DNA of 64,000 nt, taken from assembly GCA_016712345.1 (NCBI GenBank), contig JADJRH010000002.1, positions 200,466-264,465 of the forward strand, read 5' to 3'. The position numbers and the translations under genes are program-made. The stretch comes from Polyangiaceae bacterium (GTDB lineage Bacteria > Myxococcota_A > Polyangia > Polyangiales > Polyangiaceae). A model generated the notes under the pieces. That model saw only the letters and a list, made by a program, of their open reading frames with translations, made no database searches and was not told the origin of the DNA. Below, piece by piece: positions 34,863-45,171 of the stretch (position 1 is its first letter; each line of letters opens with the position of its first letter).

Positions 34863-36773
34863 TCATCGGCGCTGATGACGTTCAATCACCAGATCGGGCT
34901 CAATTTGTATTCCATGAGTGGCAACCAACTCCGCGTATTGCTCACCGATATAGGTGAGGGCGTGTCCTTCGGCTTCAGTGAAGGGTTTTCCATCTGCGGG
35001 ATTGACCAACTCGATAATACCCAAGTAGCGACCCGATTGTTCCACGGGGGCCACGATCATACTCTTGGGTTCAAGCCCGAGTTGTTGATACCGATCGTCC
35101 ACCGCGCGCGGGTCTTTTTTGGCGTCGGGGATCACAATAGCGGCTCGTTTTCGCATGGCCGCGGTGACAACACCCGAGCGCTCCGACAATCGCTTTAATA
35201 CAATTGACTTGGGCCCACCGGCCTGACGAACGATCACGAGTTCACGGCGGTTGATATCAAATAGGGACACCAAACACAGTTCACTCGGCATTTTTTCGAG
35301 CGCGAGAGTGGCCACAAAGTCGGCCCCTTCAAGACTGTCACGCAGGAATTGAAGGTCACCGCAGGCCTCGAACAGATCGCTGATGAGGTCATCACCACCT
35401 TTGCGTTTGCCCGCGTCTTTGCCGAGTTTTGCCGGCGCAATGTACGCTTCAAGGGGGGCCGCGACAGCCGCCGGTTTGGTTTTTGGAATGGAGCTGACGG
35501 GTAGAGACGGCCTTTCACCCGTTGTTGCTTTCTCGGTTTTTGCGGCCGGTGTACTCTTTTCGAGCGGCGCCCAATCCCCCGGCTTTTCAGAAATAGCGGG
35601 TGCCGGGGCGCGCTCGGTTTTGGCGAGGCCCGTGGGAACGGGTTCTGTGGGCGGCACCGCTGCGGATGCCGATGGTGCCGTTGTGGAAGCCGCGGAGACG
35701 GGGCCCGACGCCACGGGATGTGTGATCGATGCGACGGGCAGCGTTGCAGGCGCAGGTGAACTGGCAGTGGAGGGCGCCGATGCCGAAGCGGTTTGCTCCG
35801 TGGTTTTTGGAGCAGCACTTTCAGGTTGTGTACTCTTTGGCGGCGACGCGGCCGGCGGCTCAATAGACGGTCTGGGAACTTGGTCTGAAAGGCTTGTTGG
35901 AGCGGCAAAAGAAGGCGGCGACAAACTGGCGCGTTCCGCGGAGGGAAAACGCACTTCAGGTGTACCGCGCCAATCTTTCCACATGAGTGTGGCGCGCGGC
36001 CGGCTTGTGGGCTTGCCCGAAAACGCCTGGTCAAATACGGCGAGGTTTACATATCGCCCTGTTTTGGCGTTGCTCAGACTCTGACGAATGGCTTCAAACC
36101 GAACTCGAATGAGGCGCTCAATGTCTTGATCGGTTGTTTTGGGATCGACGATGTACACATGCTCGCGGTACGTGATTGGTGAAGCCGCGGACGGATCTTC
36201 TTCGCGCGAATGAAGCGTTGTGAAACTGGGGAGCGACGCTGCGGCCTCGGTGTCGGGCGCTTCTTCGTCGACGGCGACGTCGACGTCGTGGCTCTCGTCA
36301 GCCCCGCCGAGCGCTTTTGCACTTTCAATTGTGGGCTCGGCGGTGGCCGGCGCCGCGACCTGTGCGGGTGTTTTTTGCGGGTCTGAAACGGCCGATTTTG
36401 ACGGGGCAGCGGCCGGTTTTGCAGATTCGACAGGAGCCTGTATGGAAGCCGAAACGGGGGTCGCCGGCTCTTTTGCAGGTGCCGCTTTGGACACTTCCGT
36501 TTTTGCTTCCGCGGTGACGGGCCCACTCTTTGTGTGCGTGATCGGAGCGTCGGCCGGGGCCTCGCGGATCACATACCGAAGCTTGGATACCGGATCGACG
36601 GCGCGGGCACCGTCGTCGAGAAGCTCAATTGAAAATCCGCTGAGCGGCCCTTCTTCGCCGCGAATTGCGCGCACATCTTTGAGCGCGGGCTGCCAACCGG
36701 CGGCCTCTATGCAGAGTTTTTGTTTGGGCACATCGCTCGGCGCGAGGTGTGAAATCTCAATCAACCAGCGCAT
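34863..36773 (-). CDS. GAF-domain protein with long Pro/Ala/Ser-rich low-complexity centre
   Basis: The C-terminal block ..LCLVSLFDINRRELVIVRQAGG..MIVAPVEQSGRYLGIIELVNP.. is GAF-like. The central PA-rich region produces many shadow ORFs in the track. Confidence 0.7.
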   Translation of the reverse strand: MRWLIEISHLAPSDVPKQKLCIEAAGWQPALKDVRAIRGEEGPLSGFSIELLDDGARAVDPVSKLRYVIREAPADAPITHTKSGPVTAEAKTEVSKAAPAKEPATPVSASIQAPVESAKPAAAPSKSAVSDPQKTPAQVAAPATAEPTIESAKALGGADESHDVDVAVDEEAPDTEAAASLPSFTTLHSREEDPSAASPITYREHVYIVDPKTTDQDIERLIRVRFEAIRQSLSNAKTGRYVNLAVFDQAFSGKPTSRPRATLMWKDWRGTPEVRFPSAERASLSPPSFAAPTSLSDQVPRPSIEPPAASPPKSTQPESAAPKTTEQTASASAPSTASSPAPATLPVASITHPVASGPVSAASTTAPSASAAVPPTEPVPTGLAKTERAPAPAISEKPGDWAPLEKSTPAAKTEKATTGERPSLPVSSIPKTKPAAVAAPLEAYIAPAKLGKDAGKRKGGDDLISDLFEACGDLQFLRDSLEGADFVATLALEKMPSELCLVSLFDINRRELVIVRQAGGPKSIVLKRLSERSGVVTAAMRKRAAIVIPDAKKDPRAVDDRYQQLGLEPKSMIVAPVEQSGRYLGIIELVNPADGKPFTEAEGHALTYIGEQYAELVATHGIQIEPDLVIERHQRR

Positions 36774-36860
36774 CGACGCTCCGGTTACAGGGGTTGTTTG
36801 CGGGGCCCGACATTTCTATCTGGGTAGACCCGAGCGGGTCAACGAGCGTTGTGTGCCAAT

Positions 36861-39800
36861 TCAGTTTTGTGGGGGCGGAACACTTTGCGCGTCACGGGGC
36901 AAAAGGGACTGCGGTTCAAATCCAGGCACCAACGTACGGGCAAATCGCGGCGGATTGATCACTCCACGGCGGATGAATTCACTATCGGCCTCGGCCGTTG
37001 CCGCCCGACCCGCTTCATCTCCGCGGACGACTCCAATGGCCCTGAAAATGGCTGTCGCGTATCCCATGAGTCCGGCCGACTTGGCCATGCGATGGGCATC
37101 TTCGAGGAGCCCAAGCACAGCGCTTTGACTTTGGCCTTCCCGCCATTTTGCACCGGCACGCAGTGTAAGCGCGAGTGGCAATGCCCACGAAACTCGCTCT
37201 CCTTCAATGCGTTTTGAGGCTCGAACGGCGGCTTGAAAATAAGGAGTTGGGGCGGCGGCTGTCATTGAAGTGGAGAGTGCGGTCGCCCCACGGAGGTATT
37301 CGCAGAATATGCGCACAAGCTGTATCCTAAAACTCATCGAATCGTCGAGCGCCTTCCAACCTGTTTCTATCGCCGCAAATGCCGAGGCTCCGTCACCCGC
37401 GTAAAGCGCTGAATGGCAGCGTGCGACGAGATCGTGAAAGTGCTGGAGATGCGTGCCGGCGCGCGACCAGGGACCGTAACTTCTTTCGGCCATGGCAATG
37501 GCCGTTTGAGGTTCGTCGGCGATAAGCCAAATGATGTTGGTGAAGCCGGAGCAGAGATTGGTGGCGAGATAGCGATCGCCGCGCTCTTCGGCTTCTCGAA
37601 TGGCACCCGGCGCGTCTGCCGCGAGGGCTCGAAAGTCGCCCGTAAAAAACTGACACCAAAGCGCGAATGTGAGAATCGACGCGGCCTCCCAGTGTACACC
37701 TACGCACTTGGTCCGCAGTGCGTTTTCACTCGTCTGGAGGAGCGCGATCGCCTCCGAAAAGCGGCCTTCGAGAAACAAAGCAACTCCCGAGACACCGGGC
37801 ACGAGCGCGAGCGCGTGCGGATGGGCCGAGCGTGTTGCCGCACGTTCGGCCGCATCGAGAAGCTCATTTACGCGCGGGCGCGCCGAAGGGCCCGCGGTGG
37901 CGACAAATGCCGTTTCCATCGAAAGGGCGCGCGACACGCGGTACGCATCTCCCGCGCTGAGTGCAAACAGAAGGCACCGAACCTGAAAGTACGCACCGCG
38001 AAGCGCATCGACCATTCCAAGGCCAAGCGACGCCGACCAACAAACATCCACGCGGCGAAGGTCGGCTGGTGAAATGCGCGTCAACGTTTTTTCTTCGAAT
38101 GAAAGGCCCCGCAATCGCAGTTCTGCACGCCTGAAGAGCAGTGCCGCGAGAGTGGTTGCAGGCGTTAGCGGAAAGTCGATGTCCACTGCGGCGAGCACGG
38201 TGCGAAGATGCTCCATTCCTTCGTCGATGTACCCCGAGCGGAGAAGATTTTCGGCGGCTCGTCGGTAGAGTTCTACAGCGGTGTTCTCGGGGTACAGCGC
38301 TGCCGCCGACTCATACGCGAGAGCCGCCTCTCGACCGCGACCACCGTTGGAGTGCGCGTCACCGAGCCTTACGAACAAACTCGCACGCTCGGTGGCCGGC
38401 GCGGGCAGGAGCGAAACGGCGAGCGCGTAGAGGCGTGCGGCGCTGTCAAAGGCAAATGCCTGAGCGGCTTGATCACCGGCTTTTGCCGCGTATTGCGCCG
38501 CGCGGGCCATGTCTCCGGCACCGAGCCAGTGTACACTTAGATCTTCAAGCTCGGCATCGCCGACAGTTTCAAGCGCGATTGCAAGATGGCCGTGGAGCGC
38601 GCGTTTCTCCTCCGCTTGAAGGTGTGACAGCACCGTTTCACGAAGCCGCTCATGGTAGGGCTCCAGCGTTTCGTTTTCGGGGCTGCCCCACGCGCGCGAA
38701 AACTGGCCCGCGCGCAGTTCTGCGAGAAGGCGCTCCATCTCCTCGCCGTCGGCGCTCAGCGCATGCTCCAGCACGCGGCGTGAAAGAGGTTTTCCCGCAA
38801 CGGATAGGGCAATGAGCGCTCGGCGGGCACGCGAAGAGAGATTTTCAACGCGGGCCCAGAGCGCGTCGTCAAGGCGCAGCGGTGAGGTATCGGCCGTGTT
38901 TTGAAGTCGATATCGAACGAGAGCGTCGAGGAACAATGGATGACCGCCGCCTTCCGCGAGCAGCGCGTTCACATCAATTCGGTCGAGCGGGGTGTCGCCC
39001 GCGAGCGCGCGGAGCAGCCGATCCACAAGCGCGCGCGCCTCGTCAGTGGGGAGCTGCGACAACTTCATGCGGCGCACAAGCGAAGCCGGAAGCGCGAGAT
39101 CGATCGGCGTTGAATGGGCTTCGTCGCTTTGTACAGACGCCAACAAAAACAACGGAGCGGGCTTGCCGTCGGCCTCAATTTCGTCGGCGTCGTCCGGCCT
39201 CAAGATCTCGCTCAACATGGCGAGTGAGTCGGCGTCGGCCCACTGCAAATCATCAATGGCGATCACGAGAGGTTTTTGTTCGGCGAGGTTGTGGAGCAAC
39301 CTTCGCATTGCAGTGAACACGCGCGCCCGCAGTTCGGCAGGTTCGATCTCGGGGGGAATTGCAATGGGTGACGTGCTTAAAAATCCGGGACTGACCCGCG
39401 GCCGCGTGTCCTCATCCAATAGATCCAGCACCAGATCTTCATCCCCCAAATGGGAGCCTGCGCCGGAAGCGGGCAGAGGGGTTCTACGTTTGGCGACGGG
39501 ATCCGAAACCGCCAGCACAGGAAACACAGCCGCAAGCAGCTCAATATCTTTTGGCAGGATTGCTGAAGACGATGCCGGTGGCAGCTTCGCCAGATGTGTA
39601 CCCAGCCGATCGACCAAGCCGTCACACGCTTTGTAAGGTACACTTTCACGTTCGTAACAACGCGCTGAAAACACGAGCGCTTCATCTGCGATTTTGTCGA
39701 GAAAACGCCTTCCGAGCGTGGTTTTACCCATGCCCGATTCACCTTCGATAAAAAGAGCGCGGGCCCGCCCGTCGAGTGATGCCCAATAGGCGCTTTCGAT

Positions 39801-40799
39801 TTCTCGAAGCTCATTGTTTCGACCGACAAATGCGGCGCCGAAATTGGTGGAGGATGCGAGTGAGCCCCGCTGCTCTCCCAATATCCTCAAGATGTCATTT
39901 CCGTCGGCGCGTTCTGCCGGATCGATGGACAAAAGCGCGACCGTCAGTGCATCGAGATCCGCGGGAACATTGGGGACCACAGCACTCGGCGCAAGTGGCA
40001 CGGCGCGCTGTTTGTGAGTGGCCACGGCGTCGGCCGACACTTCAAACGGAAGTACACCCGTGAGTGACAGGTGCAACATGACTCCCACGGAGTACCAATC
40101 CGCGGACGTGCTGAGCGCCTTTCCGGCGGCCTGTTCAGGAGCCATGAAGTGCGCAGTTCCAACGACGTGTTGTTCTTCTTCGCCCAACGTGTCGTGCGCC
40201 TCGGTGACAAGTCCAAAGTCCAAAATGACAACGCGGCCTTCAGGCGTCACAAGGACGTTGGAAGGTTTGATATCGCGATGGATTCGACCCGTTGCGTGCA
40301 GCGCCAAGAGCCCGCGAGCCAAACCTGCCAATGCGGGTCGAAGCTTGTTTTCATCCAATTGCCCGGTCATCGCGGCGGGCAAACACTCTTGAGTCGACGG
40401 CGGGCGAGGGCGGATTTCTGTGTCGCGATCCGCTTGATCCAAAGGTACATCCGAAGTGCGCGCCGAGATGCCACGCACGTAGTCTACGAACGGTTGCCCC
40501 TCCACGAGTTCCATCGTGAAAAAGAGTTGACCGCTTTCTTCAAGCAGTTCACCCAGCCGCACCAGATTGGGGTGGGCCAAATCAACGAGTGATCGAAACT
40601 CGTTTTTGAAGCGAATGAGGCCGGCGGCATCCAGGCTTCGCAACGTTTTGATCGCGACTTTTGTGCGATGGGCGCGGTCGTACGCCTCGTAAACAACGCC
40701 CATTCCACCCCAACCGAGGAGCTTTCGCGCCTCAAAGCGGGTGCCGGGGAGGGCGGTAACAAGCTGTGACGGCGCGCTCATCTCAGCCGCTTGCACCAT
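36861..40799 (-). CDS. Ser/Thr protein kinase fused to AAA/STAND ATPase and TPR-like region
   Basis: Kinase motifs are LGWGGMGVVYEA, VAIKTL, HRDIKPSNVLV, DFGL and GTAHFMAPE. A P-loop FIEGESGMGKTTL follows, then a long helical repeat tail. Start taken at the ATG at 40799; the track starts at a TTG at 40826. Confidence 0.85.
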   Translation of the reverse strand: MVQAAEMSAPSQLVTALPGTRFEARKLLGWGGMGVVYEAYDRAHRTKVAIKTLRSLDAAGLIRFKNEFRSLVDLAHPNLVRLGELLEESGQLFFTMELVEGQPFVDYVRGISARTSDVPLDQADRDTEIRPRPPSTQECLPAAMTGQLDENKLRPALAGLARGLLALHATGRIHRDIKPSNVLVTPEGRVVILDFGLVTEAHDTLGEEEQHVVGTAHFMAPEQAAGKALSTSADWYSVGVMLHLSLTGVLPFEVSADAVATHKQRAVPLAPSAVVPNVPADLDALTVALLSIDPAERADGNDILRILGEQRGSLASSTNFGAAFVGRNNELREIESAYWASLDGRARALFIEGESGMGKTTLGRRFLDKIADEALVFSARCYERESVPYKACDGLVDRLGTHLAKLPPASSSAILPKDIELLAAVFPVLAVSDPVAKRRTPLPASGAGSHLGDEDLVLDLLDEDTRPRVSPGFLSTSPIAIPPEIEPAELRARVFTAMRRLLHNLAEQKPLVIAIDDLQWADADSLAMLSEILRPDDADEIEADGKPAPLFLLASVQSDEAHSTPIDLALPASLVRRMKLSQLPTDEARALVDRLLRALAGDTPLDRIDVNALLAEGGGHPLFLDALVRYRLQNTADTSPLRLDDALWARVENLSSRARRALIALSVAGKPLSRRVLEHALSADGEEMERLLAELRAGQFSRAWGSPENETLEPYHERLRETVLSHLQAEEKRALHGHLAIALETVGDAELEDLSVHWLGAGDMARAAQYAAKAGDQAAQAFAFDSAARLYALAVSLLPAPATERASLFVRLGDAHSNGGRGREAALAYESAAALYPENTAVELYRRAAENLLRSGYIDEGMEHLRTVLAAVDIDFPLTPATTLAALLFRRAELRLRGLSFEEKTLTRISPADLRRVDVCWSASLGLGMVDALRGAYFQVRCLLFALSAGDAYRVSRALSMETAFVATAGPSARPRVNELLDAAERAATRSAHPHALALVPGVSGVALFLEGRFSEAIALLQTSENALRTKCVGVHWEAASILTFALWCQFFTGDFRALAADAPGAIREAEERGDRYLATNLCSGFTNIIWLIADEPQTAIAMAERSYGPWSRAGTHLQHFHDLVARCHSALYAGDGASAFAAIETGWKALDDSMSFRIQLVRIFCEYLRGATALSTSMTAAAPTPYFQAAVRASKRIEGERVSWALPLALTLRAGAKWREGQSQSAVLGLLEDAHRMAKSAGLMGYATAIFRAIGVVRGDEAGRAATAEADSEFIRRGVINPPRFARTLVPGFEPQSLLPRDAQSVPPPQN

Positions 40800-40856
40800 T
40801 GCACGGGGCCCCGTCGAAGTCGACAAGACATCGCAGCCGCGCTATCGAATTGAGCC

Positions 40857-41867
40857 ATGAAATCAAGTTTTCTTAAAAGCCTGTATTGCGGGCTTGCCCT
40901 TGTTTTTGTCGGCTTAACCGCCGGCTGTGACGGTGGTTCTCCATCGGGACCGGCCAAATTCGGAAAGGGTGTATTCGAAGCTGACAATCCTTGGACAAAA
41001 GACGTGAGTGGAATGGAGCCAAGCAGCGATTCAACAGCCATTATCAATTGGCTCGATCAAAACGGCGGTTGGGGAACGGGAGAGTTGCGCATTGACTTTT
41101 CGATCACTGTACTTGCCGCCGACAACTCTACTGAAGTTCGCGACTTTACCCCAACGGGGGATTTTTACGAGCCGGACTGTGACTTAACCCCATTCCCCAT
41201 ACCAAGCGGCGGTGCCATTGAAGGGGAGGAAGGATATGAGTGTACACAAGATGGTGATTGTCATCTTCTTGTGGTTCAAGAAGACGAAAAGAAACTTTAC
41301 GAAATGTGGCGTGCCAACATTTCAGGCAGCGACTTTCAGGGGGGATGTGCCGCGGTTTGGGATCTGACGAAAGCCTACCCCGACACGCTTCGCGGCGACG
41401 GTTGCACCTCGGCGGATGCGGGCGGTTTCCCCATTTCGGCAATGTTGTTTTCAGTGGAAGAAATTCAGGCCGGGGCGATTGATCATGCAATTCGATTTAT
41501 TCTACCCAACGAGCGCATTCGTGAAAATGTGTACGTTCGGCCGGCTACCCATTCCACTTCAGCCACTTCGGGTGGGCCCGACGCACCGCCGTACGGGGTT
41601 CGCCTTCGCCTTCGAAAAGACTTCCCACTCGACTCGCTGCCAAGCGACGGGGCACGGGTCATCGCCAAGGCGCTACAGACCTATGGGATGATGCTCGCCG
41701 ACGGCGGAAGCATCGCGCTCACGGCCACGAGTGACCGGTTTTCAGACACAACTTGGGATGCTGTGGGAGTTGACTCGTTTGCGCTCACCTCAATTCAGGT
41801 CACCGATATGGAAGTGGTAGATATGGGTGACCCGATCGAGTGGAGCGGCGACTGCATTCGAAATTGA
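40857..41867 (+). CDS. hypothetical lipoprotein
   Basis: MKSSFLKSLYCGLALVFVGLTAGCDGG carries a lipobox. No family recognised. Confidence 0.6.
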   Translation: MKSSFLKSLYCGLALVFVGLTAGCDGGSPSGPAKFGKGVFEADNPWTKDVSGMEPSSDSTAIINWLDQNGGWGTGELRIDFSITVLAADNSTEVRDFTPTGDFYEPDCDLTPFPIPSGGAIEGEEGYECTQDGDCHLLVVQEDEKKLYEMWRANISGSDFQGGCAAVWDLTKAYPDTLRGDGCTSADAGGFPISAMLFSVEEIQAGAIDHAIRFILPNERIRENVYVRPATHSTSATSGGPDAPPYGVRLRLRKDFPLDSLPSDGARVIAKALQTYGMMLADGGSIALTATSDRFSDTTWDAVGVDSFALTSIQVTDMEVVDMGDPIEWSGDCIRN

Positions 41868-41882
41868 TAAACCGACCCGACC

Positions 41883-44081
41883 CTACTTGGGAAGGTTGAC
41901 GGTTACCGGGGCGTAGGCATACGCCGGCGCGGGTTGCCCAACTTCATCGTGCGTATTGCGACCCCAGCAATACACTTCACCCGTCTTTTTGGCGGCGCAT
42001 ACCTGTTGGCTCCCAACTGCCAGCGATGTCACATCGGTCAACCCGGCAATCACAGCGGGATCCCATCGATACTCAAAGTCTCCCGTTCCAAGTTGACCGT
42101 AGCTGTTTTGACCCCAACACGATACGGTCGCGTCTTTGTGCAACACGCAGCGCGCTCCGCCGCCCACATGAATGGAGGCCGCGTTGGCAACGCCTTTGAC
42201 TGTGCGCACTTCAATGGGTTGTTTTTCTTTTTTATCCGCGGCGGCTTTGCGCGGGTCAACCGGTTGGGGAACCCGGTAGGTGGAGAAACACGAAACCTCG
42301 CCCGACTTGCGGACAACACACAACTCACCGCCGGAACCGCTGATGGACACCGCGTCGGTAATCCCGGGAACGTCAACGGCGGCAGCAGGTTTGACGGGCT
42401 CTTTCTTGTCAAAAGTTCGGAACCCATACCCCACGCAACCCACCTTACCCGAGCGGCGAACAGCGCAAACGGTGCCGCTCTCGCCTGAAATTCCAACGGC
42501 GTCGTTTAGACCGGTAAGGTTTTGTTTGAGAACGTTGTCAGGTTTTTCCCAATCACGTTGCCACAACATTACCTGACCGGACGGCTGAACAGCGCTCCCC
42601 GAAGATCCGCTTGTCCAGATTTGTTTGACCGCTCCAACATTCAGCTCTTTGGGTTCTTTGACGAAGGAGTATGACCCTTCACAATAGACCTTTTTGGCCT
42701 TGTTGACCACGCAGATGCCGCTGTCTTTCATAAACAAGGCATCGGGCTCACCCACGTTGGTAATTGCGCGCGGGGTGTCAGCTCGCTTGCCGGCCGTGTC
42801 TTCAGGAAAACCGGGTAGACCCCAGCAGGCAAGTTTGCCGGCGTTATCCATTGCGCATGAAAGGCTGTCGGTGGCACCTACCATTTTTGCGGTGGCACCT
42901 TTCACCAACGTGGGAGTTGTATAGTCCGATGTGGTGCCATTGCCGAGGCGACCCCGTGATGCCGAGCCCCAACATTGAATGCCGTTTCCAGCGGCGGCAC
43001 ACGATATTTCTTCACCGGCGCCCAGCGCGGTGATGCCTGACAATCCGGCCACCTCAACAAGGCCGCGCGAGCCCGGTTTGCCCGATCCCGTTTGACCTGA
43101 CCTTCCCTCGCCGAAGCAAAGGGCTTTTCCGCTTGTCCGGCGGATGCATGTGTGGTGATACCCAACGGCCACTTCGGCCGCATCTTCCACCAATTGTACA
43201 GCTACCGGACTATACCGTCGGTCGCTTGAGCCGTCGCCGAGTTCACCCGACCAGTTGGATCCCCAACAGGCAACCTGCTTGTTTCGACGGACCGCGCAGG
43301 TGTGAGTGTCCGCAACGGCGAGTTGAACGGCGTCTGTCAGGCCCTTTACCTTGGTGGGGTTTTTGGATAACTTTTCTTTTTCTTCCCATTCCATCTCGGC
43401 GGTATCCACGCCGCTTCCCGTCATTTCAACGTCACCCCAACAGGTAACCTCCCCATTTTTGTGGAGGGCGCAGGCGTGGTTGTACCCAGTACCCACCGAC
43501 ACAACGTCTTTGAGTTCAGGCACCTCGGAGGGGCGCGTTTCAGATGCGTCATACCCCAAGTCGAGCGCAATCAAAGCGCCCGATTTACGGACCACAAACA
43601 GCTTGGTTTCTCGAATGGCAATGGCCGACGCGTCTGTTACAAGCGGAATTTCACGCGCTTTACCTTCATGGAAACACACGATTTTGCCCGAGGTGCCAAC
43701 CGCACACCCGAAGACGCGGCTCACATCCACCGAAGTGGCTTGTTCAACACCGGCCATCCAAACAGGGTTCAACACGGCGCCTTTGGGGCCCGCGGCAATT
43801 GCTCCTTTGGAGTTGTCACCCCAGCATGCCACGCGGCCCGAAACCACAGCACACACCGTACCGCCTGAAACAGCGATTGTTTTGCCATGGGAAGATGCCG
43901 GTGCGGCGACCGGCTCCGTTGTGGGGGCGGCCGTAGGCGCCGCGGTGCCACTTGCGGAAGGTGGAGGTGTTCCACCCCCGGCGGGCGGATTGGCTTCAGG
44001 CGGGGGGCCACAACTGACGGCGAAAATCGAAAGCGGGAGACTCAGAAACCAGGAACGATGGAGCGACATGCGTCGCCTCAT
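41883..44081 (-). CDS. RCC1/BLIP-II-repeat beta-propeller lipoprotein
   Basis: Recurrent RCC1 signatures are CWGDNSKGAIA, CWGSNWSGELGDGS, CWGSASRGRLGNGT, CWGQNSYGQLGTGD and CWGRNTHDEVG. Signal ..LSLPLSIFAVSCG. The likely ATG is 44081; the track starts at a TTG at 44105. Confidence 0.75.
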   Translation of the reverse strand: MRRRMSLHRSWFLSLPLSIFAVSCGPPPEANPPAGGGTPPPSASGTAAPTAAPTTEPVAAPASSHGKTIAVSGGTVCAVVSGRVACWGDNSKGAIAAGPKGAVLNPVWMAGVEQATSVDVSRVFGCAVGTSGKIVCFHEGKAREIPLVTDASAIAIRETKLFVVRKSGALIALDLGYDASETRPSEVPELKDVVSVGTGYNHACALHKNGEVTCWGDVEMTGSGVDTAEMEWEEKEKLSKNPTKVKGLTDAVQLAVADTHTCAVRRNKQVACWGSNWSGELGDGSSDRRYSPVAVQLVEDAAEVAVGYHHTCIRRTSGKALCFGEGRSGQTGSGKPGSRGLVEVAGLSGITALGAGEEISCAAAGNGIQCWGSASRGRLGNGTTSDYTTPTLVKGATAKMVGATDSLSCAMDNAGKLACWGLPGFPEDTAGKRADTPRAITNVGEPDALFMKDSGICVVNKAKKVYCEGSYSFVKEPKELNVGAVKQIWTSGSSGSAVQPSGQVMLWQRDWEKPDNVLKQNLTGLNDAVGISGESGTVCAVRRSGKVGCVGYGFRTFDKKEPVKPAAAVDVPGITDAVSISGSGGELCVVRKSGEVSCFSTYRVPQPVDPRKAAADKKEKQPIEVRTVKGVANAASIHVGGGARCVLHKDATVSCWGQNSYGQLGTGDFEYRWDPAVIAGLTDVTSLAVGSQQVCAAKKTGEVYCWGRNTHDEVGQPAPAYAYAPVTVNLPK

Positions 44082-44115
44082 GCCGAAGCAGGGCGCGCGC
44101 TGCAAGGCCTATTGT

Positions 44116-44964
44116 TCAATTTTTGCCACCGTTCTGATCTTCAATCATGCCCAGTTTGTTCACCACGAACACCCACTCATTTTTGCCGGTGACAAACTTT
44201 GCTTCGATCGAGTCTTCATCCACCCGTGTGAATGAGAGTGTCGCAGTCTTCCCATTGGGGGCCACAACTTCGTAGGAGCCGGCCTGCGGAATGGGATCTT
44301 GCCACCGCACCTCCACGTTGTTGATTGCCAGTTCCCAGTCACCTTCCTCACCTTCCCAACCCCTCTCACCGTCCACTGAAAATCCTTCGATCAGGCCTCC
44401 GGAAAGCGGTTTTTGAAGCTCGTCGCCTGTCCCCTTACCCGTTCGCCCGTCGGACAGTCGTGTCCAGTTGAGTTCATGCACCACGTGGCGCGATGGGTCT
44501 TTCAGGTTCCATGTGACAGTGGCCGTTCCCGTCACTCCCACGGTTTGGTTTTTCCTGTTTTTCCAAACGTGGTCAACAACCACCTCACCCTCGTTGTTTT
44601 TGGTGACAGTGATTGAATGAATGCCTGAATACGTTTGGCCTTTGTAGGTGCAATTGCCGGGCTTTGCCCCGTATTCAACCGTGAGTGTGTTGGCCTGCAA
44701 AACGATTTCGGCACACGGCAGTTGGGATTCCACAAACGTCTTTAACTCCTCGGCGGCGGCCTCCACAGCGTCACCGATGGTGAAGTTGGTGGAGATTTCG
44801 ATGGTGCCATTTGTCAGGGCCGACGCCTGCGCTTCAATTGCAATCTCTTCAAGCGCTTTTCCCGCCTCGGCCGCCGTCATCCCATCGGCCGGGCAGCCGG
44901 CCAAAAACATAGGCGCCATTGTGACTGTAGCTGCTGTTAGAAACACCACCGGGCGCAGTTTCAC
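44116..44964 (-). CDS. hypothetical lipoprotein
   Basis: GTG at 44964 is preceded by GGAGG 6 nt upstream and gives VKLRPVVFLTAATVTMAPMFLAGC (lipobox). The track ORF extends to 45051. Confidence 0.55.
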   Translation of the reverse strand: MKLRPVVFLTAATVTMAPMFLAGCPADGMTAAEAGKALEEIAIEAQASALTNGTIEISTNFTIGDAVEAAAEELKTFVESQLPCAEIVLQANTLTVEYGAKPGNCTYKGQTYSGIHSITVTKNNEGEVVVDHVWKNRKNQTVGVTGTATVTWNLKDPSRHVVHELNWTRLSDGRTGKGTGDELQKPLSGGLIEGFSVDGERGWEGEEGDWELAINNVEVRWQDPIPQAGSYEVVAPNGKTATLSFTRVDEDSIEAKFVTGKNEWVFVVNKLGMIEDQNGGKN

Positions 44965-45171
44965 GACATACCTCCAAAGGCTTTTGTGGTTGGCAATGTG
45001 TACGCATGCAATCGCCCCGACGGAGTGACCTTGCACGCGACCTAAACGCACTGTTCAATGGCTCTTATTGCAGGGGGCGTACCACGGCAGTCCGAGCGCT
45101 GAACGCCTACAAAAAAAGCATTTTCAGGAGGGATTGTCACGGCGACGTGAAGTTGCGTTCACGCCTGCGGG

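Noticed and set aside
35234-36526. Long alternative ORFs (35234..36034-, 35383..36084+, 36074..36526-, 36220..37128+) overlapping the GAF-protein gene
   Set aside because: They are shadow frames of a Pro/Ala/Ser-rich low-complexity coding region. Only the 34863..36773(-) frame ends in a recognisable GAF domain.
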